Positions 15,002-25,112 of a stretch of DNA of 64,000 nt are shown piece by piece. The notes beneath the pieces are model-generated. The model saw nothing but the letters and a program-made list of their open reading frames with translations, was not told the DNA's origin and searched no databases. Location of the stretch: assembly GCA_963723355.1 (NCBI GenBank), contig CAVRQQ010000003.1, positions 6,992 through 70,991 of the forward strand. Reading direction: 5' to 3'. The stretch comes from an uncultured delta proteobacterium (GTDB taxonomy: Bacteria; Desulfobacterota; Desulfuromonadia; Desulfuromonadales; BM103). Position numbers and translations under genes: made by a program. Within the stretch, counting starts at the first letter, position 1. Each line of letters starts with the position of its first letter.

Positions 15002-16042
15002 CTAATCGTTTTCTGTATCCAGCAGGCGACTGATCAAATTCGCCGTGTAATCGACAATCGGAATAATCGTTGAGTAGGGCATGCGGTTCGGACCGATGAC
15101 GCCGAGGGTGCCAAGGCTGCCGCGTTTGCCGGAATAGGCTGCGGTAATCAGGCTGCAGCCGGAAAGTTCATGGTATTGCGTTTCGCTGCCGATGATGACC
15201 TGCACGCCTACGGCGTCTGTGCCACGGTCGAGCAGGTCGACCAGCATGCTCTTCTGTTCGAAAGCCTGAACGATATTTTTCATCTGCCGCAGGTCGGAAA
15301 ATTCAGGCTGCTCGAGGAAGTAGCTGGTCCCGTCGATGATCACGTCTCCGTCGGTTTCATCACCGAGGGCAGCGCTGGAGAGCGCGAAAGCACGCCGCAG
15401 CAGATGGTCGTACAGGGCTTTTTCTTCGGCCATTTCAGCAATAATCCTGGCCCGTACTTCCTGGATGCTCATACCGCTCATGGTCCGGTTCAGGTAATTC
15501 GTGATCTGTTCCAGCTCACTGGGCGAGAGTTCCTCGTCGACCTCCACCAGCTTGTTCTGGACCATGCCGGACTGGGTGACGAAGACCACCAGTACCTGGC
15601 GGGAAGAGAGCTTGACGAACTCGATATGCCGGAAAACCGTGACTTTCAGGCGCGGGATCATCACCAGCCCGGTGTGATGTGAGAAGGAAGACAGGGTGCG
15701 GCTGGCTTCACGCAGCATGTCGGCCATCTGCAGACCGTGCCGTCGGTACTTCATTTCGATCTGGTCCTTCTGTCGGGTGTCCAGGTCGCTGACCCGCAGC
15801 AGGGTGTCCACATAGAAACGATAACCCTTCTCCGTAGGGATGCGTCCGGCCGAGGTGTGGGGTGATGCGAGGTAGCCGAGATCTTCCAGCTCTGCCATGA
15901 CATTGCGCACCGACGCCGGCGAAAGACTGATGCCGTGGTTCTGCGTCAAAGCCTTGGAGCCGACCGGCTGGGCGGTCGCTATGTATTCTTCAATGATCGC
16001 TTCCAGGATTTGCTGGCAGCGATCGGTCAGGGCCTTTGCCAT
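15002..16042 (-). CDS. hrcA: heat-inducible transcription repressor HrcA
   Basis: 346 aa with a winged-helix N-terminus. A CIRCE operator lies upstream. Confidence 0.93.
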   Translation of the reverse strand: MAKALTDRCQQILEAIIEEYIATAQPVGSKALTQNHGISLSPASVRNVMAELEDLGYLASPHTSAGRIPTEKGYRFYVDTLLRVSDLDTRQKDQIEMKYRRHGLQMADMLREASRTLSSFSHHTGLVMIPRLKVTVFRHIEFVKLSSRQVLVVFVTQSGMVQNKLVEVDEELSPSELEQITNYLNRTMSGMSIQEVRARIIAEMAEEKALYDHLLRRAFALSSAALGDETDGDVIIDGTSYFLEQPEFSDLRQMKNIVQAFEQKSMLVDLLDRGTDAVGVQVIIGSETQYHELSGCSLITAAYSGKRGSLGTLGVIGPNRMPYSTIIPIVDYTANLISRLLDTEND

Positions 16043-16094
16043 AATATGCTCCGTGCAAAAAACTCAAGCCGGTTAAACCGGCCCGCGAATTGAC

Positions 16095-16121
16095 TTAGCA
16101 CTCGCTTTGCCTGAGTGCCAA
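16095..16121. promoter_or_regulatory. CIRCE operator (HrcA binding site)
   Basis: TTAGCACTC-N9-GAGTGCCAA, compared with the consensus TTAGCACTC-N9-GAGTGCTAA. It lies 53 bp upstream of the hrcA start. Confidence 0.9.
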
Positions 16122-16131
16122 AAGCACGGTC

Positions 16132-16160
16132 AAGATAACAACGCATATGGGCTTTGTCAA
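16132..16160 (-). promoter_or_regulatory. sigma70-like promoter of the hrcA-grpE-dnaK-dnaJ operon (TTGACA-17-TATCTT)
   Basis: Minus-strand TTGACA (16160-16155), a 17-nt spacer, then TATCTT (16137-16132), immediately upstream of CIRCE. Confidence 0.6.
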
Positions 16161-16179
16161 GGTAAGCAAAGCGTTTTTA

Positions 16180-17330
16180 TCAGAGCTTTGATTTTAAAGA
16201 AAATTCTGGACCAGGTGGTCGAAAAGGAGCCAGCCGGACGGGGCCAGAGACCAGCGGCCGGCGTGCATTCTCCAGCGATTGTCCGCAGGCTTCGATCGCC
16301 TCCGGGAAACGGTCTGCCAGGGTGCAGCCGAAGCGCTGCCGGAGCTCGTCATCGGCGACGCCCCGCCGGGTGCGTAACGCCAGGTAGATGGTTTCGCGTA
16401 AAGCGGATTCACGATCGAAGGTTTCCAGGCAGGTCATCGGTTCCGTACCGGTCTGCAGCGCCTGGCGGTAACCCGGCAGGTCTGCTGCAATGTCCCAGCG
16501 GCTGCCCCAGCCGTCGTCCAGAAAAGAGTGCGCCCCGGCGCCGATGCCCAGGTAGGGAAGGCGCTGCCAGTAGCCGATGATTGTGCCGACAGTCGAAGCC
16601 GTCGCGGGCATAATTGGCAATCTCGTAATGCGTATAGCCCGCTGCGTTCAGCCGGTCATGAAGCAGCATGAAGCTGTCGGCATACTGGTCTTCGTCCGGC
16701 AGGGACAACGCTCCGGAAGCGACGCTTGCGTGCAGTGGTGTGCCCGGTTCGGCGGTCAGCCCGTAGCAGGAGAAATGTTCCGGGGCCAGGTCGAGATAGA
16801 TCTGCAGCTCTTCTTCGAGATCGTCACGGGATCTGGCCCGGCAAGGCAAACATCAGGTCCAGGGAGATGTTGTCAAAACCGGCCTGTCGTGCCCATGCGA
16901 AGCTCTGCAGCCCCTGGCGACGGTCATGCAACCGCCCTAGCCCTTTCAGCAGCCGGTCATTGCAGCTCTGCAGTCCCAGCGAGAGACGGTTGATGCCGGC
17001 CGAGCGATAGCCGGTCAGGCTGTCGATGGTGACTGTCCCCGGATTTGCTTCCAGGGAGATTTCGATATCGCTTGCCAGGGAGTAATGGCGGCCGATTGCC
17101 TGCAGGATTGCATCGATCGATTGCGGGGAAAGTAGTGACGGGGTTCCGCCGCCAAAATAGATGGTGTCGAAGGGGCGTTGCCAGCGGCCTTGTCCGGCGA
17201 CCCGCTCAAGGTGCCTGATGAGCAGGTCGGGATAGCTCTGCAGTTCTGCCGTGGCGGCTTCGACCGAATAGAAATCGCAGTACACGCACTTGCGATGACA
17301 AAAAGGGATATGCAGATAAAGACCGACCAT
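16180..17330 (-). pseudogene. hemW: radical SAM heme chaperone HemW (HemN-like), interrupted by two frameshifts
   Basis: Three successive ORFs: 16824..17330 (CHRKCVYCDF radical SAM motif), 16409..16849 and 16180..16620. Together they cover one HemW. Extra bases lie near 16832 (GGC CAG-A-TCC) and near 16579 (CAC AAT-C-ATC GGC TAC TGG). Confidence 0.85.
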
Positions 17331-17373
17331 GCAAGCCTGCCGTCGTTGTGGCAGGGGCAGCCGGTGAGGTGCC

Positions 17374-19152
17374 CTAGCGCAGGTAAAGGAACGTGGATAC
17401 CAGGGTCAGGATGACGACGGCCAGCAGGACGCTCACGCCGACCGGATAGGTCGCACTGCGGCTGCGCCGATCAATGTCCTGGTCGACCTTTTCGTGATGA
17501 TCCGCAATTCCGCTGGATTCGACCCAGAGCCGGTAGCCGTAGCGCTGCAGATTGCCGCCCGGCTCTTCGAAGAAATGGGCCAGCAGCTTCGGGAGCTGCT
17601 GGGCGAAGATGCGGTTCGCCCACTCGTTGATGCCGTCGAAAGCCCACCTGCAGAAGCGGTAAATCTGGCGACCGCCTTTGCGGTAAATCCAGTCGGCGTC
17701 GACATTGACAGAACGAATCTCGGCCGGGTAGATGCCTGCAAGCAGCAGCAGGGTGAAAGCCAGGGCCGAGAAGATCAGTAACTGAGACTGTGCCAGCACA
17801 TGGCTGATCGAGTAGGGCTGGTAATCAGTGGCGTAAGGCAGCATGCTGTAAAGGTATTGCGGGAAGCAACCGATCAGAATGCAGAGTAATGCCGAGATGC
17901 CCATTGCCAGCAGCATATGTTTCGGTGCTTCTTTGCAGCGGATGCCTGAGTCATGTGAATAGAAGGCGAAGAAGGGGATCTTGATGCCGGCATGGTGAAA
18001 GACCCCGGCCGAAGCAAACAGCAGGATGAACCAGAGCCAGCGCATATCGCCGTGGGCCGCAGCCTCCATGACCATTGATTTACTGACGAAACCGGAAAAC
18101 AGCGGGAAGGCCGAGATTGAGGCTGCGCCGACAATGCAGAAACCGCAGGTCCAGGGCATTGATTTGTAAAGGCCGCCAAGGTCGGTGGCGTTGATTTTGC
18201 CAGTGCGGTACATGACCGCGCCCATAGTCATAAAAAGCAGTCCCTTGAAGAGAAGGTCGTTGAAGGCATGAGCAACGGCGCCGTTAATGGAGAGGGCGGT
18301 GCCGATACCGATGCCGACCACCATGAAGCCGACCTGGTTGATCAGGCTGTAGGCCAGGACTCGCCGGAGATCATTTTCGATGACCGCGTAGAAGATCGGG
18401 AAAGCCGCCATGGCTCCGCCAATGAAGATCAATTCCTCGGTGCCGGGGAAGGCCCGGGCCAGGGCATAGATCGCTGTCTTGGTGGTGAACGCCGAAAGAA
18501 AGATGGTGCCGGTGATGGTCGCCTCGGGGTAGGCATCGGTCAGCCAGGGGTGCAGAAACGGCCAGGCACAGTTAACGCCGATACCGACGAAGATAAACCA
18601 CGAGGCGGTTGTCCCCAGACCAATCAGGTCAAAGGCCGCTGAACCGGTCTGGGAAACGTGCATGATGATCCCGGCCAGCAGGCAGAGCCCCCCCGCGACG
18701 TGGACCATGAAGTAGCGGAAACCGGCCCCGAGGGCCCGCTCGGTACGGCGTGCCAGGATCAGGAAAGTAGCACTGATCGTGAGCATCTCCCAGAACACAA
18801 AGAGGGTGAACATGTCACCGGCGAAGATCGCGCCAATCGCTGCTCCAGCGTAAACGGTCCCGGCAACATTCTGCACGGCGTCATCAACATGCAGGGCATA
18901 GAGTGCCGAGAGGAAGGCGACCAGATGGAAGATGTAACCGAAGATCAGGCTCAGTTTGTCAACCCTGGCCAGAATGATCTGGTCACTTAAAAACGGATAG
19001 ATCCAGTAACTGCCGTGTGCTAGCTGCAGCAGGTTGATAAAGCTGATCACCGGCAGCAGCAGTAGCAACGCCTGCCGGGTGCGTCCCTTGAAAAGCGGGA
19101 CCAGTAGCCCACCAAGAATCAGTATCGTTGCTGGCGGCAAGGCATTAATCAT
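17374..19152 (-). CDS. Mrp antiporter NuoL/MrpA-like subunit with a C-terminal lateral-helix extension
   Basis: 592-aa proton-conducting antiporter fold. It ends in a long amphipathic segment plus a final TM helix, as in NuoL/MrpA. Confidence 0.8.
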   Translation of the reverse strand: MINALPPATILILGGLLVPLFKGRTRQALLLLLPVISFINLLQLAHGSYWIYPFLSDQIILARVDKLSLIFGYIFHLVAFLSALYALHVDDAVQNVAGTVYAGAAIGAIFAGDMFTLFVFWEMLTISATFLILARRTERALGAGFRYFMVHVAGGLCLLAGIIMHVSQTGSAAFDLIGLGTTASWFIFVGIGVNCAWPFLHPWLTDAYPEATITGTIFLSAFTTKTAIYALARAFPGTEELIFIGGAMAAFPIFYAVIENDLRRVLAYSLINQVGFMVVGIGIGTALSINGAVAHAFNDLLFKGLLFMTMGAVMYRTGKINATDLGGLYKSMPWTCGFCIVGAASISAFPLFSGFVSKSMVMEAAAHGDMRWLWFILLFASAGVFHHAGIKIPFFAFYSHDSGIRCKEAPKHMLLAMGISALLCILIGCFPQYLYSMLPYATDYQPYSISHVLAQSQLLIFSALAFTLLLLAGIYPAEIRSVNVDADWIYRKGGRQIYRFCRWAFDGINEWANRIFAQQLPKLLAHFFEEPGGNLQRYGYRLWVESSGIADHHEKVDQDIDRRSRSATYPVGVSVLLAVVILTLVSTFLYLR

Positions 19153-19414
19153 TATAATAACCCTCTTTACGCATGACTAAAGGCCGCAATATATATTTGG
19201 CTACGATCACCAGAATGACACAAGCGACAAAACCGTAGGCCGAGTAGAAACCGAAGAAGCTTTCCCAGGTGAAGATGCCGTGCTTGTGATAGAAGATGTC
19301 AATCGCCAGAGACACGACTACGCAGGCATAGAAAATTTTCAGCAGGCGTTTGACGTTTTCGGGCTTGTCAAACATCCTCAGTTCTTCGTCCATGTTAATC
19401 GGTTGTTTGGACAT
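19145..19414 (-). CDS. small membrane protein (89 aa) within the Mrp cluster
   Basis: GGAG RBS (GGAGCAAACGGATG). Two predicted TM helices. Translationally coupled to its neighbours. Confidence 0.6.
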   Translation of the reverse strand: MSKQPINMDEELRMFDKPENVKRLLKIFYACVVVSLAIDIFYHKHGIFTWESFFGFYSAYGFVACVILVIVAKYILRPLVMRKEGYYND

Positions 19415-19425
19415 CCGTTTGCTCC

Positions 19426-19584
19426 TTACAAGGTCTGCCAGAATACAAAGGCCAGGTAGAGGATGCCGATGGTAATGCAGATGTAAAAGATGGTCCGGTA
19501 GCCTTCGACTGGCTCATGGGCCAGGATCATCGGACCGTCTTCTGCGTGGTCTTGATGGTCGTCTTGTTCGTGTATATCCGTCAT
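19426..19584 (-). CDS. very small membrane protein (52 aa), below the ORF-track cutoff
   Basis: Hand translation gives MTDIHEQDDHQDHAEDGPMILAHEPVEGYRTIFYICITIGILYLAFVFWQTL. It has an acidic/His-rich N-terminus and one TM helix. Its TAA stop overlaps the RBS of the next gene. Confidence 0.45.
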   Translation of the reverse strand: MTDIHEQDDHQDHAEDGPMILAHEPVEGYRTIFYICITIGILYLAFVFWQTL

Positions 19585-19645
19585 ATGCTCTCCCAAACTT
19601 CAGGAACCGGTTTGCTTTACATCGGCCCCGCTCAGATTCCAGAGA

Positions 19646-21115
19646 TTACCAGGTTCCAAGGGCCATACGCGCCAATTGCACCAGGGTGTCGGGGAAGAAG
19701 AACAAGGCCAGTGAAACAAGGGCCGTCACCGACAGTGGAATCAGGCAGAAGAGTGGCGCCTCCTTGATCCGGTCCCCTTCACCATCCGTTGCTGGCGCGA
19801 AGAAACCGCGGTAGACAATCGGGAAGAAATAGGCAGCGTTGAGCAGGGAGCTGACCAGCAGCACCACGATCAAAACCAGCTGTTCTCCTTCTACGGCACC
19901 GATCAGCATATTCCATTTGCTGATAAAGCCCCCCAGCGGCGGCATGCCGATAATACTCAGAGAACCCAGGAAAAAGGCCAGGTAGGTGATCGGCATACGC
20001 TTCCCCAACCCGTTCATCTGGCTGATATTTTTCTTCTTGCTGGCGACATAGATCGCACCTGCGCAGAAGAAAAGTGTGATCTTGCCGAAGGCGTGCATCG
20101 CAAGGTGCATGACTCCGCCGAGCATGCCGGTCGCCGAGAGCATGCCGGCGCCGAGCACCATGTAGGCAAGTTGACCGATGGTAGAGTAGGCCAATCGGCG
20201 TTTCATGCTGTCCTGAGTCAGCGCGATCAGGGAGGCAACCAGTATGGTCACAGCAGCGATATAGGTGATCAGGGAACCGAGATGGGCCAACTGCAGCGTC
20301 TCAGGGCCAAGAATATGAAAAATGATACGGAAGATCGCAAAGACACCGGCCTTGACCACGGCCACGCCATGCAGGAACGAACTGACCGGGGTCGGCGCCA
20401 CCATTGCTGCCGGTAGCCAACCATGAAACGGCATCAAGCCGGCTTTGGCAAAACCGAACAGGAACAGTACCAGCAGCAGGGCCAGAAGCTCCGGCGAGGC
20501 TTTGCCGGCCAGAATTCCGCCCTGGGTAAAGTCGAGGGTGCCGGCTGCGGCATAAGTCATAATCATGGCCGGCAGGGCCAGCCCGATCGATGTGCCGAGG
20601 ATGTAGGTCAGATACTTGCGGCCTGAGGCTCTGGCTTCAGCGTCTTGATGATGTGTGACCAGAGGGTAGGTCGAGAGCGACAGCATCTCGTAGAAGAGGT
20701 ACATGGTCAGCAGGTTGGCGGAAAACGCAATGCCGATGGTTGCTGAAATAGCCACGGCGAAGGAGGCGAAGTAGCGAGTCTGGGCATGCTCGTCGAGAGC
20801 CCGCATGTAACCGATCGAATAGATCGAGGTGAACAGCCAGAGGAAGGAGGCGACCAGGGCAAAAATCATCCCCAGCGCATCGACGCGCAACTCGATCGGC
20901 ACCCCTGGCAGGACCTGTGCAATGGTGAATACGTAGCTGCCGCCTTTGAGAACTCCCGGGAGCAGTGAGGCGACAATACTCAGTTTGACCAGCGCGATCA
21001 GGATCGTCCAGCTTTCACGCAGGTTCGGCTGGCGGGCGGAGAGCATGATCGGCAGGGCTCCCAGCAGGGAGACCAGGATTGCGATCAGCGGCCATATGGA
21101 TAGTGTCGGCGTCAT
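19646..21115 (-). CDS. mrpD: Mrp antiporter subunit D-like (NuoM/N family)
   Basis: 489-aa polytopic protein of the proton-conducting membrane transporter family. Confidence 0.85.
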   Translation of the reverse strand: MTPTLSIWPLIAILVSLLGALPIMLSARQPNLRESWTILIALVKLSIVASLLPGVLKGGSYVFTIAQVLPGVPIELRVDALGMIFALVASFLWLFTSIYSIGYMRALDEHAQTRYFASFAVAISATIGIAFSANLLTMYLFYEMLSLSTYPLVTHHQDAEARASGRKYLTYILGTSIGLALPAMIMTYAAAGTLDFTQGGILAGKASPELLALLLVLFLFGFAKAGLMPFHGWLPAAMVAPTPVSSFLHGVAVVKAGVFAIFRIIFHILGPETLQLAHLGSLITYIAAVTILVASLIALTQDSMKRRLAYSTIGQLAYMVLGAGMLSATGMLGGVMHLAMHAFGKITLFFCAGAIYVASKKKNISQMNGLGKRMPITYLAFFLGSLSIIGMPPLGGFISKWNMLIGAVEGEQLVLIVVLLVSSLLNAAYFFPIVYRGFFAPATDGEGDRIKEAPLFCLIPLSVTALVSLALFFFPDTLVQLARMALGTW

Positions 21116-21133
21116 ATCAATCTCAGAACGTCC

Positions 21134-22624
21134 TCAAAAACCAGCCGGGATAATCAGGCTGATGACGTTATTTATCAGGGGCCCGGTGCTGAAGCCGACA
21201 ACGATCAGGAGTACGGCTGTGATGACCAGCGGCTTGAGCATCCACCAGGGAGCTTCGTGGCGCTCTGTGCTGCCATGCTCGTGATGTTCGCCATCGGCCA
21301 GGGAACCGAAATAGGCCAGCTCTATAATCCTGAAGAAGAGGATCACGTTAATCAGGCTGCTGACCACCAGGGCGATGACGAATTCCCAGTGACCACCATC
21401 GATACCGCCGAGGATCAGGTACCACTTGCTGAAGAAGCCGCAGGTCGGAGGTACGCCGATCATGGCAAAGGCCCCCAGGGTGAAGGCTGCCATGGTGATC
21501 GGCATGCGGCGGAAGATCCCCTGCAGTGAATCCAGCGAGACCGTGCCCTGTCGGTAAATAATCGCCGCAACCACCAGGAACAGGCAGAGGGTCATCAGGG
21601 AATCATTGACGATGTGCAGGATCGCGCCGGTGAGGCCATTGCTGTTGGCCAGGAAGACTCCGCCAACCATATAGCCGACTTCTGCGATGATGATATAGGT
21701 CAACATACGTCGCAGGTCTTTTTGGCCAAGTGCCAGCGCCGAGCCGCAGACTATAGCGATGGCGGCCGCCCACATGACGCCGTTGGTGACCCAGTCGTGC
21801 GTGAAGACCAGCGCCGGGGTATAGACGTTCAGGATGACCCGGATCATCAGGTAGACGGTGACCTTGGTCATCAGCGGTGCCACCATGGTGCCGGCCCCGG
21901 TCGGCGCGTGGCTGTAGGCGTTGGGGAGCCAGGCGTGTAATGGGAAGAACGCCATCTTGACCCACAGCCCGACCAGGACGAAAGCGATCGCCGTGGTTGT
22001 GGCGACCGGAGCGTTCAGGGTTGGCAGGATGCGAGCGATATCGGCCATGTTCAGGGTGCCGGTGAGAATGTAGATGTAGCCGACGCCGAGCAGATAGAAG
22101 CAGGCACCGATCGTACCCATGATGATGTAGTTGAAGCTGGAAAGTGCCGCCCGCCCGCGGCCCATGGCGATCAGGCCATAAGAGGTGATCGATGTGATCT
22201 CAAGCAGGACGTAGAGGTTGAAAGCATCACCGGTCAGGACCAGACCATGCAGCCCGGCGATGAGAATCAGGTAGAGGGTAAAGAAGAAAGCTTCCCTGCC
22301 GGGGAGCTCCTGTTCGGCACTTTTCAGGGACGAGAAGGAGGCGAGCAGGGCCACGACGGAAATCAGGACCATCATCATGGCGCTCAAAGGGTCGATAATC
22401 AGTTCGATGCCAAAGGGCGGCTGCCAGTTGCCAACCGTGTAGCTGATCGTGCCATGCCTGAGCACGTTGCCCATGACGACGATTGAACCGAGGACCGAGA
22501 AGGCCAGGGAACCGAGGACCAGTGGTGCAATCATCTGGCGGTTGTTCCGCCCCCAGAGGTTCACGGCCAGGGCCGAGAGTAGTGGCACGACCAGGACGAA
22601 GAGGTGTAGATTGGGAGTACTCAT
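21134..22624 (-). CDS. mrpD: Mrp antiporter subunit D-like (NuoM/N family)
   Basis: 496-aa polytopic protein of the same family. Its start overlaps the mrpC stop. Confidence 0.85.
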   Translation of the reverse strand: MSTPNLHLFVLVVPLLSALAVNLWGRNNRQMIAPLVLGSLAFSVLGSIVVMGNVLRHGTISYTVGNWQPPFGIELIIDPLSAMMMVLISVVALLASFSSLKSAEQELPGREAFFFTLYLILIAGLHGLVLTGDAFNLYVLLEITSITSYGLIAMGRGRAALSSFNYIIMGTIGACFYLLGVGYIYILTGTLNMADIARILPTLNAPVATTTAIAFVLVGLWVKMAFFPLHAWLPNAYSHAPTGAGTMVAPLMTKVTVYLMIRVILNVYTPALVFTHDWVTNGVMWAAAIAIVCGSALALGQKDLRRMLTYIIIAEVGYMVGGVFLANSNGLTGAILHIVNDSLMTLCLFLVVAAIIYRQGTVSLDSLQGIFRRMPITMAAFTLGAFAMIGVPPTCGFFSKWYLILGGIDGGHWEFVIALVVSSLINVILFFRIIELAYFGSLADGEHHEHGSTERHEAPWWMLKPLVITAVLLIVVGFSTGPLINNVISLIIPAGF

Positions 22625-23025
22625 TGCCGCAGCTTCTCCAGGATCTCGTCTTCTTCCAGGGTGCCGAACTCTTCATGGATACGGATCAGAACGGCCAAGG
22701 CCACGCCGGTGACGCTTACCCCGACAACGATAGCCGTCAGCATCAGGACGTGCGGCAACGGATTGACCACGGTGGCCGCGTCAACGCCACCTGCGAGGGC
22801 CTGATACTTGTCGACGATGGGGATGCCACCGCCCTTCTTGACGCCGATAGAAACAAAGAAGAGGATGATGGCCGTCTGGAAGATGTTCATGCCAAGCAGT
22901 TTCTTGACCAGGTTGCGCTTGCCGATCATGGCGTAGAAGCCGATCATCATCAGCACGACGTAAATCCAGTAATTATATTTGGCGACGATTTCGCCGATGA
23001 CCGCTTCCATACTACAATCCCTCAT
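22621..23025 (-). CDS. mrpC: Mrp antiporter subunit C (NuoK-like)
   Basis: 134 aa. NuoK/MnhC-like, with three TM helices. Confidence 0.8.
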   Translation of the reverse strand: MRDCSMEAVIGEIVAKYNYWIYVVLMMIGFYAMIGKRNLVKKLLGMNIFQTAIILFFVSIGVKKGGGIPIVDKYQALAGGVDAATVVNPLPHVLMLTAIVVGVSVTGVALAVLIRIHEEFGTLEEDEILEKLRQ

Positions 23026-23479
23026 CCATCGCTCCGCCGGAACTGAGATTCCAGTAGAGCAGGACCATAATACTCATGACCGTGAAGCCGACGCCGACTT
23101 CAACCAGGAAAATACCGAACGAGCGCCATTCGACCGGTCCCATCGGGATCAGCTTGTCGAGTGCACTGTAATCGAGAAACAGTCCGCCGAAAATGGCACA
23201 AAGGGCGCCGACTCCGACAAAAATCGCCGCGCCAAGGTTGTTGAAAACCGTATTGACCCTGATGGTCATGTATTGCTGGGAAGTCTTTATGTCAAAAGCC
23301 AGAGCGAGCATGATGAATGCAGCACCGAGGATGACGCCACCCTGGAAACCGCCCCCCGGGCTGTAGTGACCGTGAACGATAACGTAGAGGCCGAACAGTT
23401 GGGCAAAGGGAACCATCAGCCGCACTGCGGTTTTGATGATCAGGTCCTCACCGGGAGTATGTTCGTTGATGTCTCTCAC
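23012..23479 (-). CDS. mrpB: Mrp antiporter subunit B
   Basis: 155 aa carrying the MnhB signature HGH.SPGGGFQGG. Confidence 0.8.
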   Translation of the reverse strand: MRDINEHTPGEDLIIKTAVRLMVPFAQLFGLYVIVHGHYSPGGGFQGGVILGAAFIMLALAFDIKTSQQYMTIRVNTVFNNLGAAIFVGVGALCAIFGGLFLDYSALDKLIPMGPVEWRSFGIFLVEVGVGFTVMSIMVLLYWNLSSGGAMDEGL

Positions 23480-23757
23480 TCTTCATCTTCCCTGTTTCTG
23501 CGCAGGACGCTGAGCACAGCCATGCCGGCACAGTAGATAACCACGGTTTCGAACATGGTGTCGTAGCCCCGATAATCGCCGAGAATCGCAGTGACGATAT
23601 TCGGCACGTGAGTCTGTTCGACGGCCTTCTCAATATAGACCGGAGAGAGATAGGTGCTGGCCGGGTCCTGGGGATCTCCCCAAGGTGGAAAATCTCCGGT
23701 CCCGTACAGCAGCAGGGCCCCGGTAACCAGGGTTGCGAGCAATGCCAGGCCTTTCAA
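23476..23757 (-). CDS. MbhE-like small membrane subunit (MnhB-related)
   Basis: TTG start with an AAGGAG RBS 6 nt upstream, overlapping the upstream stop (TTGA). 93 aa (MKGLALLATLVTGALLLYGTGDFPPWG...). Confidence 0.6.
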   Translation of the reverse strand: MKGLALLATLVTGALLLYGTGDFPPWGDPQDPASTYLSPVYIEKAVEQTHVPNIVTAILGDYRGYDTMFETVVIYCAGMAVLSVLRRNREDEE

Positions 23758-23999
23758 TCTTTGCTCCTTCTGGTGGTTTTGAAGATAGCTGAGATAAAGA
23801 AGATGGTGCTGACGCCGGCACCAACGGTTGCCTCGGTGAAGGCGACGTCGACGGCGCCCATCTCGGCCCACAACAGGCACATCATGAAGGAGTAGATGCC
23901 GAATACGACCGACGCGCCGAGCAGGTCCTTGATGTTGATCGTCACCAGGGCACACGCCACGACCAGGGTCAGAATCATGAGGTCAAGTTGCCAGATCAT
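23754..23999 (-). CDS. MbhD-like / DUF4040 membrane subunit (equivalent to the MrpA C-terminal region)
   Basis: The internal ATG at 23999 overlaps the mrpG stop (ATGA). 81 aa (MIWQLDLMILTLVVACALV...). Confidence 0.6.
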   Translation of the reverse strand: MIWQLDLMILTLVVACALVTINIKDLLGASVVFGIYSFMMCLLWAEMGAVDVAFTEATVGAGVSTIFFISAIFKTTRRSKD

Positions 24000-24331
24000 G
24001 GTCTTTTCTTCTCCGTCCGTTTCCACGGTTTGACGCCCAGGACCAGTGCTGCCTCGGTGATCGCATGAGTCGCCGTCGGGTTGGCGATGAAGACAAACGC
24101 AGCCACCAGGAACAGCTTGAGGCTGATCAGAAGTGCAGCAAAACTGAACGGCTGCAGGTTGTATATCGCTATCCCGCAAATCATCAGCATCGCCGCCAGG
24201 GAGTCACATTTTCCGGCAGCGTGCAGGCGGGTGTAGAAGTCAGGCAGACGCAGGATGCCGACGGTCCCGGCAAAGAAAAAGAATAGCCCCAGCAGGATCA
24301 GGATAGCGGCGAGAATTGACAGGATCGTCAT
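23996..24331 (-). CDS. mrpG: Mrp antiporter subunit G
   Basis: 111 aa with the MnhG motif GILRLPDFYTRLHAAGK. Confidence 0.85.
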   Translation of the reverse strand: MTILSILAAILILLGLFFFFAGTVGILRLPDFYTRLHAAGKCDSLAAMLMICGIAIYNLQPFSFAALLISLKLFLVAAFVFIANPTATHAITEAALVLGVKPWKRTEKKRP

Positions 24332-24630
24332 GAACTCTCCTCCTGTTCCTGTTTCTCCATGAAGATGTCGAGGCGCCGCAGGAAGAATTTGGTGGCACCA
24401 AGCGTGGCGATAAAGTTGAGCAGGGCGTAGGCAATGGAGATGTCAACGAACATACCCAGGTCGTCATAGAGCAGACCGATCAGCAAGAGCAGCACTGTGG
24501 TTTTGGTGCCGATCACGTTGCCGCCAAGAATCCGGTCGAGGATAGTCGGGCCGATCAATGCGCGCAGCAGGCTCAGGATCATCAGGACGACCAGTGCGAT
24601 CGCCGTGGCGAGAAAGAACGAGTGCATCAC
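24328..24630 (-). CDS. mrpF: Mrp antiporter subunit F
   Basis: 100 aa with the MnhF motif LIGPTILDRILG. Confidence 0.8.
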   Translation of the reverse strand: MMHSFFLATAIALVVLMILSLLRALIGPTILDRILGGNVIGTKTTVLLLLIGLLYDDLGMFVDISIAYALLNFIATLGATKFFLRRLDIFMEKQEQEESS

Positions 24631-25112
24631 TTTCCGGACTCCAGTGCGCGGGCCACACGCTCTTCCATTTCGCCGGGCAAGGCATCACTGGCCCTGCGGG
24701 TCAGAGCGTAAACGGAAAATTTGTCGTCATGGATGCTGACCGTTATGGTGCCGGGAGTCAGGGTGATCGACTGGGCAAAGGTCACTTTGGATATCGGACG
24801 CTTGAGTTTGGTCTTGAAGCGGATGACGTGGGGGTCGATCTTGTCGAGCATCCGAGGATGAAGGACCACGTATGCCACCTCGAGGTTGGCCAGAATGATC
24901 TGGTAGAAGAGCCACGGCAGGTAAGTGATTACACCAAGAAGGCCCCGCCCCCAGGTCGACTTGGCGTCACCGTAAAAGAGCAGATCATGGCTGAAATGGG
25001 CGACCAGCATGCAGCAGATCACGCCAAGGGTCAGGTGAAAGGCGTCGAACATGCCTGACAAGACGACCCAGAAGATCAACATTATTACAAATGTGGCGAC
25101 TTTGGTTTTCAT
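24627..25112 (-). CDS. mrpE: Mrp antiporter subunit E
   Basis: MnhE motif SITLTPGTITV. The start is uncertain: ATG at 25112 or TTG at 25130. Confidence 0.8.
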   Translation of the reverse strand: MKTKVATFVIMLIFWVVLSGMFDAFHLTLGVICCMLVAHFSHDLLFYGDAKSTWGRGLLGVITYLPWLFYQIILANLEVAYVVLHPRMLDKIDPHVIRFKTKLKRPISKVTFAQSITLTPGTITVSIHDDKFSVYALTRRASDALPGEMEERVARALESGK

